From Gemmatimonadota bacterium (lineage in GTDB: Bacteria > Gemmatimonadota > Gemmatimonadetes > Palauibacterales > KS3-K002), in contig JBDHAI010000001.1 in assembly GCA_039588155.1 (NCBI GenBank), forward strand, positions 1-37,887: a DNA stretch of 37,887 nucleotides, given 5' to 3'. The position numbers and the translations under genes were made by a program. Position 1 is the first letter of the stretch. Each line of letters begins with the position of its first letter. Shown one piece after another: positions 7,842-16,997 of the stretch. The notes under the pieces were generated by a model, which was not told where the DNA came from, did no database searches, and saw only the letters and a program-made list of their open reading frames with translations.

Positions 7842-9173
7842 TCAGGCTGCAGAGCCCATCCCAACCAGTTGGACGATTTCCGCCTCGGGTGAGGTTACCA
7901 GCTCGAGTATCCGCTCCGGGCGATTCAGTGTCATCCGCGGTATCGTGAACACGCGAAACACCCGCGCCGCATGGTAGAGGTCGCGTCCGAGACGAGGTAG
8001 GTCGATCAATCCGGCGCGACCCTCGGCGGTCAGGCGCCGCACGGAGCCGTCACGAGCCAGCATCAAGATATCGAGCTCCAGCATGCCGGGCTTGGCTGGG
8101 TAGTCAAGGAAGACGCTACCGGGCTCGAGCCCGTTCTCTTGGGCCAGGTGGTCTTCTAAGGCCGACCTCAGGTCCGGGCGTTCGTGAAACCACGACGCGA
8201 CTTCGCGTCCGAGCTGGGCGAACGCGTCGCTCAAAGCATCACCCCACCAATCGGCGGCGCGCTTTGGCAACCTTCGGTGCCGCAGTGCAGGGATCAACCG
8301 CTCACGTGCCCGGCGAGCGCTTTCGGTGTCGCTGCGATCGGCGAGGCGCTCGAGCGAGCTCAGCAGTTCCTCGTCGCCCCGGCCTACGATGTCAGCTCGC
8401 TCCGCCCAACCGCCATTCAGGGCTTCGCGAATGAGCCTTTGGAAGGACACTGAGGCGGCGCGAACGGCGTGGTGCCAGTAGACGTTCCTGAACATCTGGT
8501 ACTTGGCGAAAAGCAGCGACTCAAGGGCCGACAGGCCCTGCATGGCCACACCGACCTCGAGACGCCCCGTATCCGGATCCCGGAGAATGCGTAAGGAGTC
8601 GAGCAACCGGTCCACGTCGATTTCGCCGTAGGGCACGCCGCAGTAGGTCGCGTCGCGCTTCAGGTACTCGATCTTGTCCAAGTCTAATGAGCCCGAGACC
8701 AGCCCCTGTAGTGGGCTATCCGACCGGCCGAGGATGAGCCGGTGGATGTCCTGCGCTGCTTGTCCACCGAGCGGCTCCAGCGCTGCGGCGACCTCCGGAT
8801 CTGACAAGAACTGCCCCGCCAGATGCTCGTGATCATCAGGCACGAGACCCGTTTCCAGCTCTTCGAGTGTATGGCTAAAGGGGTAGTGACCGATGTCATG
8901 GAGCAACCCTGTTATGCGAAGAATCAAACGGTCGCGGTCCTCGATGTCGCGCAGCTCGCCGGAAGCTTCCAGTTGGCGCAGAGCTCGACCCGTCAGGTGA
9001 TACACGCCTAGGGCGTGGTCGAAGCGGGTGTGAACGGCACCAGGGTACGCGAGGTATGCCAGCCCTAGCTGCTTCACCCTGCGTAGCCGTTGGAAAGCGG
9101 CCGTATCGATGAGTTCGAGGGCCGGAGGCTGAATCCGGATGTTTTTCCAGATGGGGTCACGGATGACGGTCAT
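7842..9173 (-). CDS. HD-domain phosphohydrolase, SAMHD1/EF1143-like (COG1078-type, possible dNTP triphosphohydrolase)
   Basis: 443-aa ORF with DPIWKNIRI..LIDTAAFQRLRRVKQLGLAYLAYPGAVHTRFDHALGVYHL and LLHDIGHYPFSH, the H..HD..D metal-binding pattern of the SAMHD1-type HD fold. Confidence 0.85.
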   Translation of the reverse strand: MTVIRDPIWKNIRIQPPALELIDTAAFQRLRRVKQLGLAYLAYPGAVHTRFDHALGVYHLTGRALRQLEASGELRDIEDRDRLILRITGLLHDIGHYPFSHTLEELETGLVPDDHEHLAGQFLSDPEVAAALEPLGGQAAQDIHRLILGRSDSPLQGLVSGSLDLDKIEYLKRDATYCGVPYGEIDVDRLLDSLRILRDPDTGRLEVGVAMQGLSALESLLFAKYQMFRNVYWHHAVRAASVSFQRLIREALNGGWAERADIVGRGDEELLSSLERLADRSDTESARRARERLIPALRHRRLPKRAADWWGDALSDAFAQLGREVASWFHERPDLRSALEDHLAQENGLEPGSVFLDYPAKPGMLELDILMLARDGSVRRLTAEGRAGLIDLPRLGRDLYHAARVFRVFTIPRMTLNRPERILELVTSPEAEIVQLVGMGSAA

Positions 9174-9199
9174 GGTTAGATAGCCTTAGTCTAACCCCA

Positions 9200-9232
9200 T
9201 CATAAAGCGACTCGCCCCGAAGGGCGAGTCGC
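9200..9232 (-). terminator. Rho-independent terminator downstream of the ferredoxin gene
   Basis: The reverse strand reads GCGACTCGCCC-TTCG-GGGCGAGTCGC, a perfect 11-bp stem (9207-9217 / 9222-9232) with a UUCG tetraloop, followed by TTTAT. Confidence 0.75.
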
Positions 9233-9268
9233 GCCAAGCCGTTGGGTTCGAGAAAGCTGGTGTCTTGT

Positions 9269-9523
9269 TCAGTGCAGCGTCCGGTACTTCTCCTGGAGCC
9301 GCTCTTCCGACTCTCGAAAGTCGGGATTCGGGACGATGCACTCAACCGGGCATACTTCAATACACTGTGGCTCGTCGTGTGCGCCCACGCACTCGGTGCA
9401 CCTATCGCTGTCGATCCAGTACACGGGCACGTCGGTGGCCACACCCTCGTTGATGGCCTCGTTCGGGCACATCGGTAAGCACGCGCCGCAGTCGATGCAT
9501 TCGTCGGTGATCATCATCGCCAT
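9269..9523 (-). CDS. yfhL: YfhL-type 2x[4Fe-4S] ferredoxin (84 aa)
   Basis: MAMMITDECIDCGACLPMCPNEAI...DSDRCTECVGAHDEPQCIEVCPVECI carries two CxxCxxCxxxCP-type clusters, with GGAGG 8 nt upstream of ATG 9523. The 191-aa track ORF (to 9844) is an Arg/Pro-rich upstream extension that I do not believe is translated. Confidence 0.9.
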   Translation of the reverse strand: MAMMITDECIDCGACLPMCPNEAINEGVATDVPVYWIDSDRCTECVGAHDEPQCIEVCPVECIVPNPDFRESEERLQEKYRTLH

Positions 9524-9744
9524 GGCAAACGACCTCCGCTCAAGAAGTAGTACGCACAACCGCACCAACCATACTGCGAGATCGGGGCCGTTCCCCGAGA
9601 CCAATCGCCTAACATATGGTCGTGCATAGATATACAACGACATGGCCCGTGTGGGGTCGGGGATTCGGACGTCGCTTCTTGGGGACAAATCATCCCAGCC
9701 TAAGCGTGAATTGGGGCAGGGACGGCCAACGCGCTCCAAGCCAG

Positions 9745-9772
9745 CGGGCCGGGGCTCCACGAGCCCGGCCCG
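9745..9772 (-). terminator. Possible terminator hairpin after maeB (no U-tract)
   Basis: 12-bp GC stem with one bulged base and a 3-nt loop (cgggccggggctc-cac-gagcccggcccg), about 30 nt downstream of the maeB stop. It is not followed by a T-run. Confidence 0.3.
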
Positions 9773-9800
9773 AGTCGGTGTGCCGAGTTCGGAAGGCCTC

Positions 9801-12086
9801 TCAGGCGAGCAGGGGCGCCTCCTCCGCCTGCCGTTCGAGGGCATCGACGACCGCGATCGCAGTCAAGTTGACGATTTCGCGCACGTCGGCGCCGCGCTGG
9901 AGGATATGCACCGGCTTCTGCATCCCGAGCAGGATGGGTCCGATCGCCGTGGCGCCACCCAGGCGGGCGAGGATCTTGTAGGCGGCGTTGGCGGTGTTGA
10001 GATCGGGGAAGACGAGGACGTTCGCCTTATCCTGAAGAGCGCTGAAGGGGTAGCGTCGCTTGAGAATATCGGGGACCACCGCGGTATCCGCCTGCATCTC
10101 GCCGTCGATGATGAGGTCGGGGCAGCGGTTCTTAACGATGGCCACGGCTTTGGCGACTTTCGCCGACTCTGGGTGGCGTACCGATCCGAAGTTGGAGAAG
10201 GAGACCATGGCGACGCGGGGATCGACGCCCAAGCGTTGTGCGAAACGAGCGGCGGAGATCGCCGTGTCCGCCAGAGTCTCGGCGTCAGTCATGATGTTCA
10301 CTGTGGTATCGGCGAAGAACATGACGTCTTTTTCCATGACCATCATGTAGAGCCCGGCGACCTTGTGAACGGAGGGGTTCATACCCACGATCTCGAGGCA
10401 GGGCCGAAGCGCATCCGGGTAGTGCATCTCTTGTCCGGCAATAAGTCCGTCCGCATCGCCCATGTGGAGCATCATGGCCGCGTAGTAGATCGGATCCTCC
10501 AGCTTTTCTAGCGCTTCGCCGCGGGTGATCCCCTTTCGCTGGCGCTCTCTGAAGAACTGTTCGACGTAGCCTTCGCGTTTGGCGTGCTCTTCAGGATCGA
10601 CGATCTCGATCTGGTCGAGCTCGAGCTCGATTCCGTATTGCTTGATCGCCCGGGTAATTCGTCTTGGACTGCCGACCAAGATGGGCTGAGCGATTCGCTC
10701 TTCCAGGCAAGTATGCGCGGCGAAGAGGATATGGTCGTCGGTCGCCTCGGGGAAAACGATCCTCTGCAGCTTTGGCGCGTGCTGTGCTTTCACGACGATA
10801 TTACGGGTGACCTCGCGCGCGCGTCCCAAACGTGACTCGAGCTCGTTGCGGTATTCCTCGAGGTCGAGCTGGACGCGCGCGACGCCCGAGTCCATGGCGG
10901 CCTTTGCGACTGCAGGCGCCTCCCAGAGCAGCACGCGGGAGTCGATGGGTTTGGGAATCAAGTAGTCGCGCCCGAAGCTGAGCTTCTGGACTCCGTAGGC
11001 GCGGGCCACGTCCTCGGGCACCGGCTCCTTGGCCAACTCAGCCAAAGCATGTGTTGCCGCCATCTTCATCGCTTCGTTGGTGGCTTTTGCGCGAGCGTCC
11101 AGTGCGCCGCGGAAGATGAACGGGAACCCGAGAACGTTGTTCACTTGGTTCGGGTAGTCGGAGCGCCCCGTGGCCATGATGATGTCCTTGCGGGCCTTGA
11201 GCGCGTCTTCCGGTAGAATCTCCGGGTCTGGATTGGCCATGGCGAATACGATGGGATCGTTGGCCATCGTCTTGATGTCGTCCGGCGTGATGACACCAGG
11301 CTGCGAGAGGCCGATGAATGCGTCGGCGTCCCTGATGGCGTCGGACAATGTCCGATCGGACGTCTTGTGCGCGAAGCGGGCCTTGTACGGGTTGAGTTTG
11401 TCGCGCTCCGAATGGATGACACCCTTGCTGTCGGTCATGAAGATATGCTCGCGCTTCGCACCTAAAGTGATGTAGTGCTCGGCGCAGGCGATTCCCGACG
11501 CGCCGGCGCCGCTCACCACGATCTTCACTTTTGCGATGTCCTTCCCGACGACCTCCAGCGCGTTTACGAGTCCGGCACCGCTGATGATCGCGGTGCCGTG
11601 CTGATCGTCATGGAATACCGGGATATTCAGGCGCTCGATCAGCGTCTTTTCGATGTAGAAGCAGTCGGGAGCCGCGATGTCCTCGAGGTTGATGCCGCCG
11701 ACGGTCGGCTCCAGCAGCTCGCAGAAGCGGATCATGTCTTCCGGATCCTCGCTGCCGACCTCCAGGTCGAACACATCGATGTCGGCAAAGCGCTTGAACA
11801 GAACGCCCTTCCCTTCCATCACCGGCTTCGACGCCAGCGCGCCAATGCGGCCGAGCCCGAGCACCGCGGTGCCGTTGGAGACGACGGCCACCAGGTTGCC
11901 GCGCGCCGTGTACTTGAAGGCCTCATCTTCGTTCTCATGGATCTCGCGGCAGGGCTCGGCGACCCCGGGCGTGTAGGCGAGCGAAAGGTCTCGCTGAGTA
12001 TTGCAGGGCTTCGTTACCTGCAAAGCGATTTTGCCGGGCCGGCCTTCGGAGTGATAGGCCAAGGCCTCATCCCGCTTGATCAGCAT
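9801..12086 (-). CDS. maeB: NADP-dependent malic enzyme (malic enzyme domain fused to a phosphotransacetylase-like domain)
   Basis: 761-aa ORF. The N-terminus [23 protein letters not shown], the NAD(P) fold [13 protein letters not shown] and a roughly 330-aa C-terminal PTA-like domain give the classic MaeB architecture. Confidence 0.95.
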   Translation of the reverse strand: MLIKRDEALAYHSEGRPGKIALQVTKPCNTQRDLSLAYTPGVAEPCREIHENEDEAFKYTARGNLVAVVSNGTAVLGLGRIGALASKPVMEGKGVLFKRFADIDVFDLEVGSEDPEDMIRFCELLEPTVGGINLEDIAAPDCFYIEKTLIERLNIPVFHDDQHGTAIISGAGLVNALEVVGKDIAKVKIVVSGAGASGIACAEHYITLGAKREHIFMTDSKGVIHSERDKLNPYKARFAHKTSDRTLSDAIRDADAFIGLSQPGVITPDDIKTMANDPIVFAMANPDPEILPEDALKARKDIIMATGRSDYPNQVNNVLGFPFIFRGALDARAKATNEAMKMAATHALAELAKEPVPEDVARAYGVQKLSFGRDYLIPKPIDSRVLLWEAPAVAKAAMDSGVARVQLDLEEYRNELESRLGRAREVTRNIVVKAQHAPKLQRIVFPEATDDHILFAAHTCLEERIAQPILVGSPRRITRAIKQYGIELELDQIEIVDPEEHAKREGYVEQFFRERQRKGITRGEALEKLEDPIYYAAMMLHMGDADGLIAGQEMHYPDALRPCLEIVGMNPSVHKVAGLYMMVMEKDVMFFADTTVNIMTDAETLADTAISAARFAQRLGVDPRVAMVSFSNFGSVRHPESAKVAKAVAIVKNRCPDLIIDGEMQADTAVVPDILKRRYPFSALQDKANVLVFPDLNTANAAYKILARLGGATAIGPILLGMQKPVHILQRGADVREIVNLTAIAVVDALERQAEEAPLLA

Positions 12087-12180
12087 GTGCTCTGTCTCCG
12101 TGGGTGCGTGGGGCTAGGTGATCCCCTAACTGCAAAACTAAGGCCACGTAGAAGGGTCGCCACTCGCCACCGAATAACGA

Positions 12181-12378
12181 TTATGGACTGGTGGAGTGGA
12201 TTCCCGTCCAACGCAGTATGTCCTCCATCAGGCACCACCGGGTAATCGCGGACTGCAGCAGATTGACACCGACGAAAGCGGTGAACAAGAACCAGTAGGG
12301 GCTGACCCACCAACCCAAAGCCAGGCTGGCTAGAATAAGGACGCCAGCGATCAGTCGAATCTTGCGCTCGAGTGACAT
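12181..12378 (-). CDS. DUF2892/YgaP-C-terminal-like small inner-membrane protein (65 aa)
   Basis: MSLERKIRLIAGVLILASLALGWWVSPYWFLFTAFVGVNLLQSAITRWCLMEDIL is a two-TM hairpin with the R-x-I-x-G ... G-x-N-L-x-Q-S-A-x-T-x-W-C pattern of the YgaP transmembrane module. It starts 6 nt after the upstream gene's stop. Confidence 0.7.
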   Translation of the reverse strand: MSLERKIRLIAGVLILASLALGWWVSPYWFLFTAFVGVNLLQSAITRWCLMEDILRWTGIHSTSP

Positions 12379-12384
12379 TTTGCC

Positions 12385-12705
12385 TCACCGGTCTAAGGAT
12401 GTGCCGAGCTCACAACAGCTGAACTGCTCCACGTCGAGAAGCGTGGCGCGAATTGGGTGGCGCGGGTCTTGGACGCCGGCGCAGTGGGCGACTGCTTGCA
12501 TGAGGTTCCTCGCTCCCTCGTCGGGGAGGATCGTCATCACCATTCGGGACTGGTAGGGCTGGATTTCGCCTGACCAGCCTGCGGCGCTGCCGGGTCCGTG
12601 ACCCTCGACGGATAGACGGCTGAAGGCTTGGACCTCCAGTTCGCGCAGCAGTCCGTTCACACACTTTTCATCTTCCTGGAGATACATCATCAGCACGAGC
12701 TTCAT
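12385..12705 (-). CDS. P-II-like (GlnB-fold) small protein of the type encoded next to RND pumps (106 aa)
   Basis: MKLVLMMYLQEDEKCVNGLLRELEVQAFSRLSVEGHGPGS...RMVMTILPDEGARNLMQAV...IRATLLDVEQF follows the beta-alpha-beta pattern and the F-[ST]-R-x-x-V-x-G-x-G motif that I recall from efflux-associated P-II family proteins. I moved the start to ATG 12705, 1 nt after the RND stop (track start 12786 lies inside the RND gene). Confidence 0.6.
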   Translation of the reverse strand: MKLVLMMYLQEDEKCVNGLLRELEVQAFSRLSVEGHGPGSAAGWSGEIQPYQSRMVMTILPDEGARNLMQAVAHCAGVQDPRHPIRATLLDVEQFSCCELGTSLDR

Positions 12706-12706
12706 G

Positions 12707-15700
12707 TCATGTCGTCTCCGGTTGAGGGATTGGGCTCGTCGGGCCGGTCTTTCGCTGGTGCACCAGGTAGTAGATGCTAGGGACAACGATCAGCGTGAGC
12801 ACGGTTGATGCGATGGCGCCGGTGATGAGCGCGACGGCGAGCCCTTGGAAGATCGGGTCGAAGAGAATCACGATCGCACCGATCACGACAGTGCCCGCGG
12901 TGAGTGCGATGGGCCGGGTGCGCACGGCGCCGGCCTCGATCACCGCCTGTTCCAGCGGCACCCCGGCGGACCGGCGCGCCTCCAGGTAATCGATGAGCAG
13001 GATGCCGTTACGGACCATGATGCCGGCGAGGGCGATCATGCCGATCATCGACGTGGCTGTGAAGAAAGCGCCGAATATCCAGTGTCCCGGGGCGATGCCC
13101 ACGAGCGTAAGGGGAATTGCGGTCATCATGACGAGGGGGGCGACGAAGGAGCCGAACCAGGCGACAATGAGGACGTAGATGAGCAGCAGCGCTCCTCCGA
13201 AAGCGATTCCAAGGTCTCGGAAGACCTCATAGGTCACCTGCCACTCGCCGTCCCATTTCATCACCGGCTGTTCGATCAGATCGGGCTGACGCGTATAGAG
13301 CTGACCCAAGTTGGCACCGGACGGGAGTTCGATTTCCGCGAGTTGCTCTTTCAGATCGAGAATGGCGTAGACCGGACTTTCGGCTTCGCCGGCCACCTCC
13401 GCCGTCACGTAGACGACGCGTTGGCCGTTCTTACGGTCGATGACCTGCGGCGCGGTGGTCAGCTCCGGCCGCACCAACTCACTGAGCGGCACCATGCCAC
13501 TCCCGGTCATCGAAACCAGGTGAATGCTCCCAAGCCGCTCGATGCCTGAGCGCTCGCCCTCCGTGACGCGCAGGCGCACGGGGACCAACGTGCGAGCCTC
13601 CGGCTGCGACAGATAGGTAGCGATGGAACCGCCGAGCGCCGTTTGAAGCGAGCGGGCGACCGAGGCTTTGGCTACCCCGCTGAGCGCTGCTTTTTCCTCG
13701 TCGATGACCAGGCGAAACTCTTTCTGCGGCTCGTTCAGCGACCAATCGACGTCCACGACGCTGGGGTGTTCCTCGAACGAGTCGCGGATCTCTTTCGCCA
13801 CGCTGGATCGTGATTCCTCGTCCGGCCCGTAGACTTCGGCCACGAGCGTAGAGAAGACCGGCGGTCCCGGCGGGACCTCCACGATCTTCACCCGAGCACC
13901 GGTGTCGGAAGCGAGTGCCAGGCTTTGCACGATCGGCCGTACCCGCTTGGCTACGTCGTGGCTCTGAGCGCTGCGCTCCGACTTATCGACCAGGTTCACC
14001 TGGATGTCGGCGATGTTGGTGCCGCGTCGAAGGTAGTAGTGGCGGATCATGCCGTTGAAGTTGAACGGTGCGGCGGTACCCGCATAGATCTGGATGTCCG
14101 CGATCTCTGGTATTGCGACAAGCGACCGGCCGATATCGTCGGCCAGCGCCGTCGTGACCTCAAGCGGCGTACTCTCGGGCATATCGATGATGATCTGCAT
14201 CTCGTTCTTGTCGTCGAACGGCAGCATCTTCACCGACACCGCACGCGTGAAGAACATGCTCGTGGCACCGATCAATAAGATGGCCACGGCTCCGAGCATT
14301 CCCCACATCCAAATCGGTCGTCGCAGCAGCGGATTCATGATCTTGCTGTAAGCCCGATAGATCCTCGTTCGCTCGAGCACATAGGCCGGCCCGTCGTCCT
14401 TGGCGTGGGCCCGGCGTAGCAGCCGAAAAGCGAGCCAGGGTGTACCCACCAGAGCCACCGCCAGCGAGAAGAGCATCGCCACGGTTGCACCTATGGGCAT
14501 GGGGCTCATGTAGGGACCCATCAGCCCGGACACGAACAGCATGGGCAAGACAGCGGCGATTACGGTCAAGGTGGCGAGGATGGTCGGGTTCCCTACTTCG
14601 TCCACGGCGGCCCGCGCCGCCGCGCGCAATGGTCGGTCGCGCATGGCGAAGTGTCGCTCCATGTTCTCTGCGACGATGATCGAGTCGTCAATGACGATCC
14701 CTGTCACAAAGATGAGCGCGAAAAGCGTGACGCGGTTCAAGGTGTACCCGAAGAACTGGTAGACGAAGAGCGTCAACGCGAAGGTCATCGGGACCGAGAT
14801 CATGACGATGACGGCGCTCCGCCAGCCCATGGCGAAAGCGACGACGAGTCCGACGGCTACGATCGCGAGCAAGAGGTGCTCCTTCAGGGTCGCGACTTTC
14901 TCCCTGGCGGTCTCACCGTAGTTCCGGGTGATCTGCGCTTCGAGTGACTCCGGCAGGATGCTGCCGCGCAGGCTCTCGATCTTCGACTCCAGGGCTTGGC
15001 CGAGTCGTGTCGCGTCGGCACCCGGCCGTTTGGAGACCGCGATCGTCACCATCGGATCGAGATGCTCGCCGGGGACACCCGTGAAGGTGTAGTTGGAGAC
15101 TTCCTCCGGGCCATCGATGACGTCGGCCACGTCAGCGACCTGCACCAGCACACCGTCACGCACGTCGAGCACTACCGAGCCAACGTCATGGGCGGAGGCC
15201 AGGAACGGGCCCGCTGTGACCCGCACGACTTCGTCGCCCTTGGTGTACTGGCCGGCCTGCACGTTGACGTTGGCCATGCGGAGACGTTCGGCGAGCATGT
15301 TGGGGTCGACGCCGTAGGCCGCCATGCGGTCGGGTGAGAGCTCGACGCGAATCTCCCGTGAGTAGCCGCCGGTCACAACCACGTCGCGCACCTCGGGGAT
15401 GGTTTCCAGCGCGACGCGGACTTCGTCAGCAATCTGGCGCAGTGTGGCGTGGTCTTGGCCGTCGCCGGAGAGGGTAACCGTAAAGAACGGCACATCGTCG
15501 ATGGTGACCGTCTTCACCAAAGGCATGTTGAAGCCGGGTGGCATGCGTTCCGCGTACTTCATTAGGGTCGTAAACAGGCGGACCAGGCTCTCCTCCATAT
15601 CGCGGCCCACCTCGTAGCGAACCGTGACCAGGCCAAAACCCATTTCGGCATGGCTGTAGACGTATTCAACTCCCTCAATCCCCGATAGCACGTTCTCCAT

Positions 15701-15913
15701 GGGGATGAGCAGCCGATTTTCCACCTCCGCCGGCGCTGTACCGGGTAAAGGCAAGTAGATGTCGGCTAACGGGACGATGATCTGTGGCTCCTCTTCGCTG
15801 GGCAGCGTGACCACGGTATACAGACCGAGTGCCAGCGCGCCCGCCATCAACAGTGGGGTCAGCTTGGAGGTGAGGAAGGCGTCGGCCAGCTTGCCGGCAA
15901 ACTCACTCTTCAT
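12707..15913 (-). CDS. RND efflux transporter permease (AcrB/HAE-like)
   Basis: 1068-aa ORF with 12-TM / two-large-loop RND organisation. The TM4 motif GIVIDDSIIVAEN (Asp-Asp pair as in AcrB/MexB) differs from the CzcA DFGxxxDGA or CusA types. Confidence 0.95.
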   Translation of the reverse strand: MKSEFAGKLADAFLTSKLTPLLMAGALALGLYTVVTLPSEEEPQIIVPLADIYLPLPGTAPAEVENRLLIPMENVLSGIEGVEYVYSHAEMGFGLVTVRYEVGRDMEESLVRLFTTLMKYAERMPPGFNMPLVKTVTIDDVPFFTVTLSGDGQDHATLRQIADEVRVALETIPEVRDVVVTGGYSREIRVELSPDRMAAYGVDPNMLAERLRMANVNVQAGQYTKGDEVVRVTAGPFLASAHDVGSVVLDVRDGVLVQVADVADVIDGPEEVSNYTFTGVPGEHLDPMVTIAVSKRPGADATRLGQALESKIESLRGSILPESLEAQITRNYGETAREKVATLKEHLLLAIVAVGLVVAFAMGWRSAVIVMISVPMTFALTLFVYQFFGYTLNRVTLFALIFVTGIVIDDSIIVAENMERHFAMRDRPLRAAARAAVDEVGNPTILATLTVIAAVLPMLFVSGLMGPYMSPMPIGATVAMLFSLAVALVGTPWLAFRLLRRAHAKDDGPAYVLERTRIYRAYSKIMNPLLRRPIWMWGMLGAVAILLIGATSMFFTRAVSVKMLPFDDKNEMQIIIDMPESTPLEVTTALADDIGRSLVAIPEIADIQIYAGTAAPFNFNGMIRHYYLRRGTNIADIQVNLVDKSERSAQSHDVAKRVRPIVQSLALASDTGARVKIVEVPPGPPVFSTLVAEVYGPDEESRSSVAKEIRDSFEEHPSVVDVDWSLNEPQKEFRLVIDEEKAALSGVAKASVARSLQTALGGSIATYLSQPEARTLVPVRLRVTEGERSGIERLGSIHLVSMTGSGMVPLSELVRPELTTAPQVIDRKNGQRVVYVTAEVAGEAESPVYAILDLKEQLAEIELPSGANLGQLYTRQPDLIEQPVMKWDGEWQVTYEVFRDLGIAFGGALLLIYVLIVAWFGSFVAPLVMMTAIPLTLVGIAPGHWIFGAFFTATSMIGMIALAGIMVRNGILLIDYLEARRSAGVPLEQAVIEAGAVRTRPIALTAGTVVIGAIVILFDPIFQGLAVALITGAIASTVLTLIVVPSIYYLVHQRKTGPTSPIPQPETT

Positions 15914-16995
15914 CAGACGCCCTCCCCTGTTGCTCGCTCCACCTCGAGGAAAGAAGGCGTCCAGTCGACCTCGCGGACGCTACCGACGGGCTGGCCGTCG
16001 GCGATCTGAGCGCTGGGCTCGCGGACCAACATGGCGGCGTGATTGGGGCCGGCGAGCAGCTCAGTGGCCTCGCCCAGCTGCCGGCCCAGCCGCACCCAGC
16101 GGAGGCGTAGTTCATCGCCGTCAACCACAAACACACCACTCAACTGCCCGCGTTTCACCACCGCGTCTGTGGGTATCCAGCGAGTCACGGCGTTCAACTG
16201 ATCAATCTCCAGTCGGACGAACGCGCCGGGTGGAACCTGCGGCACGTCGAGACCGGGTTCGAACCGGGCCTCGATGCGGAAGCGCCGACTCGCTCGCTCG
16301 ACTGCAGGGACCACGCGAGTCACACGGGCCACATGCCGCGACTTCGTCTCCGGCTGGTAGACCGCGACGTCGTCCCCGACAGCTAGACGTCCTGCCAGCT
16401 CCGCCGGCAAGTCGGCCTGGATCTTCAATGCGCCCTCGCCGATCATTTCCAGAATGGGCATACCCGGCATCGCCAGATCTCCCGGATCGGCTCCCCGCGC
16501 TGTGATGACGCCAGAGAACGGCGCTCGCAGGACGACGTAGTCGCGTTGGGCCCGCGCGTCTCGAAAGCCAGCCTCCGCCATTTCCAGTCGAGCCTCGGCG
16601 TCATCGAGCTCCTGCGCGGTCGCGGCTCCGTCGCGCGCGAGCGCGGCGATGCGGTCGTGCCACCGTTGGGCGAGCTCCGCCGCCGCCCCGGCACTCTCGA
16701 CTCGGGCGTCGATCTCCTTGGTGTCGAGCGTCACGAGGGGCTGGCCCGCGGACACGCGCGAGCCGATATCGACAAGCAGCTGCCGTATAGTGCCGCTCAT
16801 CCGGGTTGCGAGCTCGGCTTGCTGGCTTGCCAGGACCGTCGCCGGCACGGTGAGCACGCCAGGCGAGAAGACTGACCTCGAGGCTACAACGTCCACTGGC
16901 CTCTCCCGCTCGGACAACTCACCCGATTCACCTCCGCAAGCGGCAACGGCTAGGGTGACGAAGGTCAACGCACGGTACCTATCGATCCACTTCAT
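15913..16995 (-). CDS. RND periplasmic adaptor (membrane fusion protein), lipoprotein
   Basis: 360-aa ORF with lipobox LAVAAC. It has an HlyD/AcrA-like lipoyl and coiled-coil region (VSAGQPLVTLD...ELDDAEARLEMAEAGF...VLRAPFSGVI). Its stop shares 1 nt with the RND start (ATGA). Confidence 0.9.
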   Translation of the reverse strand: MKWIDRYRALTFVTLAVAACGGESGELSERERPVDVVASRSVFSPGVLTVPATVLASQQAELATRMSGTIRQLLVDIGSRVSAGQPLVTLDTKEIDARVESAGAAAELAQRWHDRIAALARDGAATAQELDDAEARLEMAEAGFRDARAQRDYVVLRAPFSGVITARGADPGDLAMPGMPILEMIGEGALKIQADLPAELAGRLAVGDDVAVYQPETKSRHVARVTRVVPAVERASRRFRIEARFEPGLDVPQVPPGAFVRLEIDQLNAVTRWIPTDAVVKRGQLSGVFVVDGDELRLRWVRLGRQLGEATELLAGPNHAAMLVREPSAQIADGQPVGSVREVDWTPSFLEVERATGEGV

Positions 16996-16997
16996 GG

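Noticed and set aside
9524-9844. N-terminal 107-residue extension of the ferredoxin ORF (track ORF 9269..9844)
   Set aside because: The extension is an Arg/Pro-rich open frame running through the maeB terminator region and into the maeB 3' end. An internal ATG at 9523 with a GGAGG SD gives a canonical 84-aa YfhL-type ferredoxin.
11475-12245. Long antisense ORFs opposite confidently assigned genes: 11475..12245, 9642..10511, 12845..13549, 15759..16505, 16649..17377, 26484..27221, 31343..31927, 36236..37195 and 37247..37789
   Set aside because: All lie opposite genes with clear family motifs (MaeB, RND, MFP, TolC-like, PolA, ExbB, OppA). All show the Arg/Gly/Asp/His-rich low-information composition expected from the absence of stop codons in GC-rich antisense frames.
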